DNA of 64,000 nucleotides from Candidatus Cloacimonadales bacterium (GTDB taxonomy: Bacteria; Cloacimonadota; Cloacimonadia; Cloacimonadales; JAFGVF01). The DNA is taken from the NCBI GenBank assembly GCA_963678315.1, contig OY782781.1:1664001-1728000 (forward strand). Direction: 5' to 3'. Shown here piece by piece: positions 20,502 to 30,811 of the stretch (positions are counted from its first letter, which is position 1; the number at the start of each line of letters is the position of its first letter). Under the pieces are notes generated by a model that saw only the letters and a list, made by a program, of their open reading frames with translations, ran no database searches and was not told where the DNA came from. A program made the translations under genes and the position numbers.

Positions 20502-22298
20502 ATGATGAAAAATATACACACTCAAACAAATATAAATACTCAAGAAAAAGCTAATATGATTTGGTCTATAGCCGACATTATTAGAGGGACTTTTAAACCA
20601 CACGAATATGGTAGAGTAGTATTGCCAATGACACTTCTTAAACGATTAAATGATACTCTTCTACCTAGTAAACAAGCTGTATTAGACAAACTTGAAGAAG
20701 TAAAGAACTACGATAAAAAAGAAGGTTTTCTTACCAGAGCATCAGGTTATAACTTCTATAACATTTCTCCTTTTACTTTTGAAACACTACTTAATAATCC
20801 AGAACAGATAGAAGATAACTTCAAGGCTTTCTTAGGTGGTTTTTCCGAGAATATTCAAGATGTACTAAGTAACTTTGAGTTTAACAACATCATTAATAGA
20901 CTTCGTGGTAAAACACCAGAAGAAGATAAACTTTACTATGTGATAAAAGAGTTTAACAAACCACAAGCTTACATGGGAGCTGATAAGTTAACTGCTACCG
21001 ATATGGGCTATATCTTTGAAGAGCTGGTTAGAAAGTTCTCTGAAAGCTATAATGAAGAAGCAGGGGCTCACTTTACAGCTAGAGATATAATCTACACAAT
21101 GACAGATCTTCTGACAGCTGAAGAAAGAGATATATTCTCTAAAGATGGAGTTAATCAAACAGTCTATGATATGACTATGGGAACTTCTCAGATGCTAACC
21201 TGTATGGAAGAGAGATTGAAAGACTTTGATAGTCAGGCAGAAGTTACTGTCTATGGACAAGAGTTCAATGCTGAAACCTATGCCATTGCTAAAGCAGATA
21301 TGATTATTAGAGGAGGGAACGCTTCTAACATGAGATTTGGAGATACTCTCTCTAATGACCAATTTACTAACTTTAAATTCTCCAAAATTATCTCTAATCC
21401 TCCTTTTGGAGTAGATTGGAAAGCTCAACAAAAAGCAGTAAAAGCTGAACATGCTCTAGGTGCTAGTGGTAGATTTGCCCCTGGTTTACCTAAGATTAGT
21501 GATGGACAGATGCTCTTTACACTGAACGGTATATCCAAGCTAGATGAAGATGGTCGCATGGCTATTATTCATAATGGTTCACCCCTTTTTACAGGTGATG
21601 CAGGTTCAGGACCAAGTGAAATTAGACGCTACATCTTAGAAAATGACCTTTTAGATGCTATTGTGCAACTTCCTAATGACCTATTCTATAACACAGGAAT
21701 CACAACTTATATCTGGATTATTACCAAGAAGAAATCTACAAAAAGAATAGGCAAAGTTCAACTTATTGATGCCTCTAAGATGTTTGTTAAACGTAGGAAA
21801 TCAATCGGTAATAAACGGGTTGATATAGATAATAAGTGCCGTCAAGCTATAGTGCAAGCTTATGGTGATTTTAAAAACAAGATGTATCTCTATGATGAAC
21901 ATAGCCTTGAATCTAAAATATTTAACAATCAAGACTTTGGTTACTATAAGATTGTAGTGGAAACACCACAAGTAGATGACCAAGGTAATATAGTATTGAA
22001 GAAAGGAAAGCCCCAAGCTGATACTAATAAAAGAGATACAGAAAATGTGCCAATGCTATTAGGCGTAAATCAAGAAGATGCAATCTCAGCTTACTTTGAA
22101 AAAGAAGTAAAAGCTTATAATCCTAATGCTTGGCTAGATGAAAAGAAAACTAAGATCGGCTATGAAATACCTTTTACACGTCACTTCTATAAATATGTAG
22201 CTCCTGAAAAGTCTGACATTATAGCTAAGAGAATCAAAACCCTAGAAGCAGACTTAATGCAAAGCCTTGCTTCTCTCTTTGATAATGATGGTGAATAA
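20502..22298 (+). CDS. hsdM: Type I restriction-modification methyltransferase subunit M
   Basis: IWSIAD, GAHFTARD, GQE, SNPPFG (m6A motif IV), YNTGITTYIW. Confidence 0.95.
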   Translation: MMKNIHTQTNINTQEKANMIWSIADIIRGTFKPHEYGRVVLPMTLLKRLNDTLLPSKQAVLDKLEEVKNYDKKEGFLTRASGYNFYNISPFTFETLLNNPEQIEDNFKAFLGGFSENIQDVLSNFEFNNIINRLRGKTPEEDKLYYVIKEFNKPQAYMGADKLTATDMGYIFEELVRKFSESYNEEAGAHFTARDIIYTMTDLLTAEERDIFSKDGVNQTVYDMTMGTSQMLTCMEERLKDFDSQAEVTVYGQEFNAETYAIAKADMIIRGGNASNMRFGDTLSNDQFTNFKFSKIISNPPFGVDWKAQQKAVKAEHALGASGRFAPGLPKISDGQMLFTLNGISKLDEDGRMAIIHNGSPLFTGDAGSGPSEIRRYILENDLLDAIVQLPNDLFYNTGITTYIWIITKKKSTKRIGKVQLIDASKMFVKRRKSIGNKRVDIDNKCRQAIVQAYGDFKNKMYLYDEHSLESKIFNNQDFGYYKIVVETPQVDDQGNIVLKKGKPQADTNKRDTENVPMLLGVNQEDAISAYFEKEVKAYNPNAWLDEKKTKIGYEIPFTRHFYKYVAPEKSDIIAKRIKTLEADLMQSLASLFDNDGE

Positions 22299-22299
22299 T

Positions 22300-23553
22300 A
22301 TGAGAAAGATGAAAGATTCAGGGGTTGAATGGATTGGGGAGATACCGGAGGAGTGGGAAGTAATATCTCAAAAGTACATTATGAGTAAAGAGAAAAAAGT
22401 ATGTAATAAATATACAAATGAAGATATTTTATCATTAACAATGAATGGAGTTATTGTTAGAGATTTAGATAACCCAAAAGGTAAAATGCCAACAACATTT
22501 AATGGTTATCAGTATGTTAGAAATGGAAATTTGTTAATGTGTTTGTTTGATATTGATGTTACACCAAGATGTATTGGTTTGATTCAAAATGAAGGTTTAA
22601 CTAGCCCAGCATATAGCCAGTTTGTAGTAAACAACAATAATGTTCCTGAGTATTACAATTACTATCTTCATATGATAGATAATGACAAAATATATTTGCA
22701 TCTTTCACGAAACCTAAGAAATTCCCTTACTGAAACGGATTTTGGTCATATTAAGACTGTTAAACCAAAGCCTGTAGAACAACAAAAAATAGCAGGCTAC
22801 TTAGACAAGAAAGTAGGGCTAATAGATGATATAATAGCCAAGACAAAAGAGTCTATCGAAGAGTATAAAATCTACAAGCAAGCTTTAATAACCGAGACAG
22901 TGACCAAGGGATTAGACCCTAATGCTAAGATGAAGGATTCTGGTATTGAGTGGATTGGAGAGATTCCTGAGGGGTGGGAGGTTGTGAAGATAAAGTATAT
23001 CTTCGAAATAGTTAAAAGAATTTCAGGTGAACTAGGTCATGATGTGTTATCTGTTACTCAATTAGGTTTAAAAATTAAGAATATTAAATCTAACGAAGGA
23101 CAACTTTCAGCAGATTATTCTAAGTATCAGTTTGTAAATAAAGGTGATTATGTAATGAATCACATGGATTTATTAACAGGGTGGGTAGATTGTTCTAATT
23201 TTTATGGAGTAACAAGTCCAGACTATAGAGTATTTAGAACTAATACAAACTCTTGCTTTAAAGAATACTTCCTCTATATCTTCCAAACCTGTTATACAAA
23301 CAAAATATTCTATGGTATTGGTAGTGGAGTAGCAAAACTAGGGAGATGGAGACTACAAACAGATAAATTTAAGAATTTCGTAGTACCTTTACCATCTTTT
23401 AAAATGCAAAAAAAGATTGTTCATTATCTTAAAGATAGAATAGATTCTATTGATAAACATATCAACCAAAAACAAAAACTTATAACAGAGTTAGAGACTT
23501 ACAAAAAGTCATTAATATATGAAGTAGTGACTGGGAAAAGAGAGATAGAGTAA
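22300..23553 (+). CDS. hsdS: Type I restriction-modification specificity subunit S
   Basis: Two KMKDSG(V/I)EWIGEIP repeats framing two TRDs; SLIYEVVTGK end. Confidence 0.95.
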   Translation: MRKMKDSGVEWIGEIPEEWEVISQKYIMSKEKKVCNKYTNEDILSLTMNGVIVRDLDNPKGKMPTTFNGYQYVRNGNLLMCLFDIDVTPRCIGLIQNEGLTSPAYSQFVVNNNNVPEYYNYYLHMIDNDKIYLHLSRNLRNSLTETDFGHIKTVKPKPVEQQKIAGYLDKKVGLIDDIIAKTKESIEEYKIYKQALITETVTKGLDPNAKMKDSGIEWIGEIPEGWEVVKIKYIFEIVKRISGELGHDVLSVTQLGLKIKNIKSNEGQLSADYSKYQFVNKGDYVMNHMDLLTGWVDCSNFYGVTSPDYRVFRTNTNSCFKEYFLYIFQTCYTNKIFYGIGSGVAKLGRWRLQTDKFKNFVVPLPSFKMQKKIVHYLKDRIDSIDKHINQKQKLITELETYKKSLIYEVVTGKREIE

Positions 23554-23568
23554 GAAAAGAGGGAATAA

Positions 23569-24132
23569 TACATCAGCTTTGCTGAAGTATAGCCACCAGA
23601 GATGGTGGCGTTCCCAGTAGGCTGGCGATCCCAGTGTACAGGCTGAGAGATTATAAAAAAAGTGTAACCTGTAAAGTCGGAGCGCCGTCATCCCTGACGG
23701 CTCACCACCAAGAGGTGGTGATTCCCTACATCAGCTTTGCTGATGTATAGCCACCAGAGATGGTGGAGTTCCCAGTAGGCTGGCGATCCCAGTAGCAGGC
23801 TGAGAGATTATAAAAAAGTGTAATCTGTAAAGTCGGAGCGCCGTCATCCTTGACGGCTCACCACCAAGAGGTGGTGATTCCCTACATCAGCTTTGCTGAT
23901 GTATAGCCACCAGAGATGGTGGCGTTCGTAGTAGGCTGGCGATCCCAGTAGCAGGCTGAGAGATTATAAAAAAGTGTAACCTGTAAAGTCGGAGCGCCGT
24001 CATCCCTGACGGCTCACCACCAAGAGGTGGTGATTCCCTACATCAGCTTTGCTGATGTATAGCCACCAGAGATGGTGGAGTTCCCAGTAGGCTGGCGATC
24101 CCAGTGAGCAGACATAGCCACCGAGAGGTGGT
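23569..24132. repeat. REP array upstream of RAYT: 3 full ~156-bp units plus a partial one
   Basis: Units start 23569, 23727, 23883, 24039; each with TACATCAGCTTTGCTGATGTA, GCCACC-AGAGAT-GGTGGC, GGAGC-GCCGTC-ATCCCT-GACGGC, CACCACC-AAGA-GGTGGTG hairpins. Confidence 0.92.
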
Positions 24133-24154
24133 AACAAAAAACAAAGGAAGCAAA

Positions 24155-24670
24155 ATGGATGAAACTAGAGGTTGGTATAATAGAGGTTATCTACCACATT
24201 ATGATTGTAGATATATCTATCAGTTTATAACTTTTAGATTATTTGATTCTGTTCCTAAAGATGTAATAGTACAATGGAAAGATGAATTATCTTGCAATGT
24301 TTCAGATATAGAGCAGAAGCTAATACTTGAAAAACGTATTCATAAATATGAAGATGAAGGATATGGTTGCTGTTTATTGAAAGACCAGAGAGCTTATGAT
24401 ATAATGGAGAAAACTCTTCTCTTCTATAACAATGAAAGGTATCAGTTGATAGAATATGTAATTATGCCAAATCATGTTCACGTTCTAATAAAACTTATTT
24501 CAGATGTTAGTTTAGGTACAATTGTTCATTCATGGAAGTCATTTAGTGCATCTGAGATAAACAAGAAGATGAATCGTAGTGGTAAGGTTTGGATGCGTGA
24601 ATATTTTGACAGGTTTATAAGAAATGAAGAACATTTGAATAATGTTATTAAGTATATACAGAATAATTAG
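24155..24670 (+). CDS. REP-associated tyrosine transposase (RAYT/TnpA-REP, Y1 HUH family)
   Basis: RGYLPHYD, FITFRLFDS, YVIMPNHVH (HUH), HSWKSFS, WMREYFDRFIR, YIQNN; AAGGAAG RBS; flanked by REPs. Confidence 0.9.
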   Translation: MDETRGWYNRGYLPHYDCRYIYQFITFRLFDSVPKDVIVQWKDELSCNVSDIEQKLILEKRIHKYEDEGYGCCLLKDQRAYDIMEKTLLFYNNERYQLIEYVIMPNHVHVLIKLISDVSLGTIVHSWKSFSASEINKKMNRSGKVWMREYFDRFIRNEEHLNNVIKYIQNN

Positions 24671-24680
24671 ATATTGAGGG

Positions 24681-24791
24681 ATACATCAGCTTTGCTGATG
24701 TATAGCCACCAGAGATGGTGGCGTTCCCAGTAGGCAGGTATAGCCACCAAGAGGTGGTGATCTCCAGTAGGCAGGCTGACGGTAAACCACC
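24681..24791. repeat. REP cluster downstream of RAYT
   Basis: Same TACATCAGC..GCCACCAGAGATGGTGGCGTTCCCAG module as upstream array. Confidence 0.88.
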
Positions 24792-24821
24792 ATTCATGGT
24801 GTTTATTCAAAAAGAGGAAAT

Positions 24822-27800
24822 ATGGAATATAAAGAAAGAAGATTTGAGCAAGACATAGAGACTTACCTGTTAGAACAGGCAGGATATGTTAAAGCTAATA
24901 AGAAAGACTATGACGCTGATAAGGCTCTTGATTTAAAGACGTTGATAGGATTTATAAAAAAGACTCAGCCAGATGAGTGGAAACGCTACGAAGTTATCTA
25001 TGGTGATAATTCTAGTAAAAAGTTCTATAAACGCTTTAGCGAAGTCGTGAATGACTTTGGCTTAATACATGTCTTACGTTATGGTATTGATGATAGAGGT
25101 GTGAATTTAAGAGTCTGCTATTTTAAGCCAGAATCAACTCTGAACTCTTTAACCTTAGACAGGTATAGAGCTAATGTTATGAGCCTTGCTAGGCAGTTCT
25201 ACTATTCTACTGAGAATGCAAATTCTATTGATATGGTTCTTTCTCTGAATGGTATTCCTATTGTGGCAATGGAGTTAAAGAATCAGTTTACCGGTCAGTC
25301 TGTAGAGAATGCTAAAAAGCAATATATATATGATAGGAACCCAAGAGAGTTATGCTTCAACTTTAATAAAAGATTCTTAGTCTATTTTGCAGTAGATTTG
25401 TACCAAGTATGGATGACCACGCAACTAAAGGGTAAAGATACTTACTTCTTGCCATTTAACCAAGGTTCAGGTGGAGCAGGCAAAGTAGGAGGATTAGGCA
25501 ATCCTGAAAACCCTGATGGTTATAACACTGCCTATCTGTGGCAAAAGGTTTTGAGAAAAGATTCTCTCATGAATATAATACAGCGATTCTTACACTTGGA
25601 AGTAACAAAAAGCAAAGAGATTAAGAATGGTAAGACTAGGAATATTACTAAGAAGACTATTATCTTCCCTAGATACCATCAACTTGATGTTGTAACGAAG
25701 TTAATTTCTCATGTTCAAGAGAATGGAGCTGGTAAGAACTACTTGATACAGCATTCGGCTGGTTCAGGTAAATCAAATTCAATAGCTTGGACAGCCTATA
25801 GGCTCTCTTCTCTCCATGATGATAACAACAACAATATCTTTACTTCTGTGATAATTGTTACTGATAGACGAGTATTAGACAGTCAGCTACAAGGTGTAAT
25901 TGCTTCCTTTGACCATAGAAGAGGGGTTATTGAAACTATTGATGATAAGAAGAACTCACAAGACTTGAAAAATGCTATTAATGCTGGAGTAAAGATTATA
26001 GTAACAACCTTGCAAAAGTTTCCTGTTATCTTTGATGAAGTGGAAAATACTTCAGGCAAGAGATTTGCTGTAATAGTAGATGAAGCACACAGTTCTCAGA
26101 CAGGTACTTCTGCTCAAAAGCTTAAAACTGCTTTAGCTGATAATGACCAAGCTTTAGAGGAGTTTGCTCAATTTGAAAATACTGAAGAGTCTAATAGAGC
26201 AGACTTTGAAGATAAATTAATCGAAGAACTACAATCACACGGTAAACATAGGAACTTATCCTTCTTTGCTTTCACTGCCACACCTAAAGAGAAAACTCTA
26301 GAGATGTTTGGCCAAGAACAGAATGATGGTACATTTCATCCTTTCCATATCTACTCAATGAAACAGGCTATTGAAGAAGGTTTTATACATGATGTCCTAG
26401 CTCACTACATGACCTACAATACCTGCTTTAAGATTGCTAAAGAAATAAGTGACAATCCAGAACTACCTGAAAGTGAAGCCACCAAGGCAATTAAAAGATA
26501 TCAATCACTACACCCATATAACCTACAGCAAAAAACTGCTGTAATGGTTGAGTATTTCAGAGATGTTACTCGCAAGAAGATAGGTGGAAAGGCTAAAGCA
26601 ATGCTTGTTACAGCATCTAGGTTACATGCAGTACGTTATTATCATGAATTTAAGAGATATATAGAATACAAAAAATATAATAATGTTGATGTGTTAGTAG
26701 CCTTCTCTGGAACCGTAAAAGATGGTGATAATGAGTACACAGAAGTAGGATTAAACATAAAGAAAGATGGTTCTAAGGTAAGTGAAAAGCAGTTAAAAGA
26801 GACTTTCCATGGTCCTGAATTTAATATTCTTATAGTAGCTGAAAAGTACCAAACAGGTTTTGATGAACCACTTCTACATACTATGTTTGTAGATAAAAAG
26901 CTATCAGGTGTGAAAGCAGTTCAAACTCTTTCAAGACTTAATAGAACTAGATCTGGCAAGACCGAAACTTTCGTAATGGACTTTGTTAATGAGGCAGATG
27001 ATATTAGAAACTCATTCACTCCATTCTATAAAGAGACTGTACTTGATGAAGAGATTAATGTTAATCTTATCTATAATACTAAGATTCTTATCAGAGAATT
27101 TTATTTATATTCTCAAGATGATATAGAGCAATTCAACATCATTTATTATAGCAAGAAACAGTCTGAGCATGACTTAGGAAAATTAGCAAGTCAGTTCACA
27201 AGACTAATAAAACAATATCTTGAGCTAGATGCTGAAGAACAGTTTAAGTTTAAGAAAGCTGTACGTAACTTTGTGAAATGGTATGCTTATATTACCCAGA
27301 TAACTAGACTATTTGATAAAGAGCTTCACAAGGAATATAATTATCTGAAATATCTAGCAAAAGTATTACCTAATAAGTCTACAGAGAAAGTAGATCTTGA
27401 AGATAAGATAAAATTAGAATACTATCGTTTGGATAAAAGCTTTGAAGGGGATATACAACTTGAAGAAGAAAATGAGAATGGACTGCTAGTAAATCCAAAG
27501 ACCTTAAATGTAGATAAACCAAAAGATCCTAAAGATGAACTCTTAGATGTTATTATTAATCACATTAATGACCGATTTAGTGGTATCTTTGATGAAGGTG
27601 ATAAAGTAATAGTTGAGACTCTCTTTAATAAGATTCTTGAGCAAAACAGTAAACTTAAGCGTTATGCTAAAAAACATAATCCCGAAATATTTAATACTAA
27701 ACTTGAAGAAGTGTTTGAGAGTGCAGCCCACTCTTGCTATGCTGAACAGATGGGAGCATTTAAGAAACTATTCGAGAATGCTGAATTCTATAATGCTATT

Positions 27801-27848
27801 ATGAGTGCTATTGGTTCTGCTGCCTATAGTGTTTTAGGAAGGGAGTGA
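24822..27848 (+). CDS. hsdR: Type I restriction endonuclease subunit R
   Basis: IDMV..MELKN nuclease, HSAGSGKS Walker A, DEAH, FTATP, VQTLSRLNR. Confidence 0.95.
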   Translation: MEYKERRFEQDIETYLLEQAGYVKANKKDYDADKALDLKTLIGFIKKTQPDEWKRYEVIYGDNSSKKFYKRFSEVVNDFGLIHVLRYGIDDRGVNLRVCYFKPESTLNSLTLDRYRANVMSLARQFYYSTENANSIDMVLSLNGIPIVAMELKNQFTGQSVENAKKQYIYDRNPRELCFNFNKRFLVYFAVDLYQVWMTTQLKGKDTYFLPFNQGSGGAGKVGGLGNPENPDGYNTAYLWQKVLRKDSLMNIIQRFLHLEVTKSKEIKNGKTRNITKKTIIFPRYHQLDVVTKLISHVQENGAGKNYLIQHSAGSGKSNSIAWTAYRLSSLHDDNNNNIFTSVIIVTDRRVLDSQLQGVIASFDHRRGVIETIDDKKNSQDLKNAINAGVKIIVTTLQKFPVIFDEVENTSGKRFAVIVDEAHSSQTGTSAQKLKTALADNDQALEEFAQFENTEESNRADFEDKLIEELQSHGKHRNLSFFAFTATPKEKTLEMFGQEQNDGTFHPFHIYSMKQAIEEGFIHDVLAHYMTYNTCFKIAKEISDNPELPESEATKAIKRYQSLHPYNLQQKTAVMVEYFRDVTRKKIGGKAKAMLVTASRLHAVRYYHEFKRYIEYKKYNNVDVLVAFSGTVKDGDNEYTEVGLNIKKDGSKVSEKQLKETFHGPEFNILIVAEKYQTGFDEPLLHTMFVDKKLSGVKAVQTLSRLNRTRSGKTETFVMDFVNEADDIRNSFTPFYKETVLDEEINVNLIYNTKILIREFYLYSQDDIEQFNIIYYSKKQSEHDLGKLASQFTRLIKQYLELDAEEQFKFKKAVRNFVKWYAYITQITRLFDKELHKEYNYLKYLAKVLPNKSTEKVDLEDKIKLEYYRLDKSFEGDIQLEEENENGLLVNPKTLNVDKPKDPKDELLDVIINHINDRFSGIFDEGDKVIVETLFNKILEQNSKLKRYAKKHNPEIFNTKLEEVFESAAHSCYAEQMGAFKKLFENAEFYNAIMSAIGSAAYSVLGRE

Positions 27849-27914
27849 GGATTATAGGATTTAAATCTAATCCTATACATTAATATTTTATGTTGAAAAG
27901 AGATAGTAAAAATT

Positions 27915-27939
27915 AAAAGGCGTACCACAGATACGCCTT
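27915..27939. terminator. Probable terminator between convergent hsdR and NYN gene
   Basis: AAAAGGCGTA..TACGCCTT hairpin. Confidence 0.65.
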
Positions 27940-27958
27940 AAAATATTATTTTTTTAGA

Positions 27959-28804
27959 TTAATAAAATTTATAGGTGTAGCAAATCCTAATATCGGTTGC
28001 TTGAAGTCCTTTATCTCCATGAGATAATTTGAATTCAAATATCTGATTACGGTTAGGTAAGTCTTTTTCACTGCCTTCAGGTAAATGTGAAGAGTGGAAG
28101 AAGATAGATTTATAAGGAGAATTTTCCTTACGAGAATCTGTTATCCAAAGTCCGTTATTAATTGAATCTAATAATCTAAAAAAGCCAAACTTTTTATCTT
28201 TATTATAAGTATAACAAACACCACGAACCCAAGAGCCTTCTTCACCCCAAGGAATATTATTTAATGGGTGACCGTATTCATCTTGTACTGGTAATAAATC
28301 TGGAACTAAATAACCTGAAAAGAAAATATCTGATTCTGTTTTTAATAAATGTGAAACGTTTCTAAAACCAAGTACATCAACTCGGCATCCTTTGTTTTGT
28401 AATGCTCTAATAACTTGTAAAAAATCACCATCTCCAGTAACTAATAATACATAATCTAATCTGTCTGATTGGAGAAGGGCATCAACTGCAAGATCAAGAT
28501 CTGCGTTGGCTTTAGCATATCTATGACCAGATTCATCGAAGAAAAACCTTACTTTTTTCACAATAACCTTATAGCCATAATCTCTAAGATTTGCGTGGAA
28601 ATTAAGTGAATGTCTTTGATATTCCTGATCTATTTTAGCTCTTTCTTCATCATAAGCAAGATAAGCATTTAATCTAACTGCAATGCCATTATTTCTACAT
28701 GCGAATTCCCTAAGTACATCATAAGCAATACCATATCCACCATTCTGGGCGATATTAGCTACATCAATGTAAATTCCAACCTTCTGATAGCCTGTTTTTT
28801 CCAT
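27959..28804 (-). CDS. NYN (LabA/DUF88, PIN-like) domain protein with C-terminal cold-shock/OB-like domain
   Basis: IYIDVAN, KANADLDLAVD, VTGDGDF, GCRVDV; C-terminal KKFGF..IFFH..FEFKL..KGLQATDI. Confidence 0.85.
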   Translation of the reverse strand: MEKTGYQKVGIYIDVANIAQNGGYGIAYDVLREFACRNNGIAVRLNAYLAYDEERAKIDQEYQRHSLNFHANLRDYGYKVIVKKVRFFFDESGHRYAKANADLDLAVDALLQSDRLDYVLLVTGDGDFLQVIRALQNKGCRVDVLGFRNVSHLLKTESDIFFSGYLVPDLLPVQDEYGHPLNNIPWGEEGSWVRGVCYTYNKDKKFGFFRLLDSINNGLWITDSRKENSPYKSIFFHSSHLPEGSEKDLPNRNQIFEFKLSHGDKGLQATDIRICYTYKFY

Positions 28805-29142
28805 AAAAAACTCCTTCTTTTATACAAACCCATTTATAACATAAAGAAATATAATGTCAATGAGTGTTTTATCAATATCCCCAAAAAGTTAGTTAATCTG
28901 AAGGCTTAAAATGGTAAATATGAAGCTAATTATTGGCTAGAGGGCTTGTAATGAAAACTTTAATGAGTGAAAATTACTTCATGTTCCTTGCTATTCAGTA
29001 TAACTATTGTTCACATCATCAAGAATTCCAGATATAAATAATGAATTTGATTGACAACATTGAAAGAACAAGTTATTTATAATTAAACCCTTTTCGAAAA
29101 ATGTAGAATGTATCAATAAATCAATATTTTTAGCAGGGTAAA

Positions 29143-30135
29143 ATGATAAACGGAAGGTTGAAATTGAGTAGTTTAGATAGTAAAATGAATAAAGACAATA
29201 ATAAATTATCTGTTATCTTTTGGGTGTTCTTTTCTTTGTTTGGGGGGTGGAATGGAGTTCAGTTAGCTTTACAACCTCAAGATATTTTAGTGTTTTTTCG
29301 AGAAGACACCTTTTTAAATAGTATTTACCTAACATTATTGTCATTTAGAGAGAACTTACCTCTAATGTTATTCTTCATAACAAGTATTTTTATTGTATGG
29401 CAATATATATCTGTAAAACTTGATTCACAAATGATAAGTCGTTATAATAGCTCATCTTTTTACTGCTCTTTAAAGAAAGAGGATAGATTTAACTTAAACA
29501 TCTCATTAACTTTTATTTCAATAATTATATGGGGGATAAGCTTCTGGTTTTTGAGCACAATCAGTTTATTAACAAAATATTCAGTACTCAATATTTTTGA
29601 TGTTAATTCTACTGAGAATACAATTATTCAGTCATTGCACATTGTAATTGTTTCATTAACCTGTGCTTTGGTACTATTTATCAGACAAAATACTATGATA
29701 TTTGCTAGTAATGGAAGTGTTGGAGAATCAATAACAAGCTTTTATAGAGCATTTAAGAAACATACTGTCTTGTATGTTAGAGTCTTTTTAACTAGCTTAC
29801 TAATGATAATTTTATCTTCATTAGTTTATAAATGGTTAATCATTGGTATTCTTTACAGAATGAAAATAGCACTATTCCCAACTTTTGGAATTAAAATAAA
29901 TACAATTATCACTGGAAATGACTTTTTATTAGAGTCACCTAAACTGATATTGGCATTTTTAATTTCATCAATACTCTTATTCCCTTTAGTAATATTGGGT
30001 TATAAAATGCTTTTAAAATACCAAATTGAAATATTTAACTCATATATGTATGAAGAAAAAATTGATAATTTTGTTGACTTAAATGAAGAAGACTTAATAA
30101 ATAATACAGAAAATAAAAATATGGAGGAGATATGA
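29143..30135 (+). CDS. Polytopic membrane protein of unknown function
   Basis: About six hydrophobic segments; overlaps next gene start (ATGA); exact start uncertain. Confidence 0.65.
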   Translation: MINGRLKLSSLDSKMNKDNNKLSVIFWVFFSLFGGWNGVQLALQPQDILVFFREDTFLNSIYLTLLSFRENLPLMLFFITSIFIVWQYISVKLDSQMISRYNSSSFYCSLKKEDRFNLNISLTFISIIIWGISFWFLSTISLLTKYSVLNIFDVNSTENTIIQSLHIVIVSLTCALVLFIRQNTMIFASNGSVGESITSFYRAFKKHTVLYVRVFLTSLLMIILSSLVYKWLIIGILYRMKIALFPTFGIKINTIITGNDFLLESPKLILAFLISSILLFPLVILGYKMLLKYQIEIFNSYMYEEKIDNFVDLNEEDLINNTENKNMEEI

Positions 30136-30734
30136 AGAAATATCTGATTATTACATTGCTTGTATCACTTTTGGCAATTGTAGGATGCTCTACAACTAAA
30201 GAAGTTAATAGAGTTGCAACTGATACACAAATAGACCTTAGTGGTAGATGGAATGATACTGATTCTAGGCTTGTATCAGAAGATATTGTTAAAAAGATGC
30301 TAACTGGAAACTGGTTACAAAACTATATTATGGAAAATGGTAAAAAACCATTTGTAACAGTTGGCGACATTAAGAACAAAACAAGCGAACATATTGAGAC
30401 AAAGACATTTGTTAAAGATATTCAAAAAGAAATTATCAACTCAGGTAAGATTTCTTTTGTTGCTAGTAAAAAAGAAAGACAAGAAATTAGAGAAGAAAGA
30501 TTAGAACAACAATCATTTGCTTCAGAAGAAACAGCAAAACAGTTAGCTGAAGAAATTGGTGCAGATTTTATTCTACAAGGCTCTATCTCTTCAATAGAAG
30601 ATACTTATGATAATCAAAAAGTTGTATTCTATACAGTTGATTTACAATTAGTTAATACAGAAACTAATGAAATTGTCTGGAACGATGATGCTGAGCAAAA
30701 GAAACAAGTAACTAAGAAAAAATATAAATTCTAA
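30132..30734 (+). CDS. LpoB-family lipoprotein
   Basis: Lipobox IVGC; DLSGRWNDTD, IKNKTSEHI, GADFILQGSI, EIVW. Confidence 0.8.
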   Translation: MKKYLIITLLVSLLAIVGCSTTKEVNRVATDTQIDLSGRWNDTDSRLVSEDIVKKMLTGNWLQNYIMENGKKPFVTVGDIKNKTSEHIETKTFVKDIQKEIINSGKISFVASKKERQEIREERLEQQSFASEETAKQLAEEIGADFILQGSISSIEDTYDNQKVVFYTVDLQLVNTETNEIVWNDDAEQKKQVTKKKYKF

Positions 30735-30811
30735 TAAATAAAGTAAATTTAGCCTAGAGTTCATATTTGTTCTCTAGGCTTCTATATATAGGGCTGTTTC
30801 AAGGAGTATAG

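Noticed and set aside
24104..24154. GTG-started N-terminal extension of RAYT
   Set aside because: Derived from REP sequence; ATG 24155 has a proper RBS
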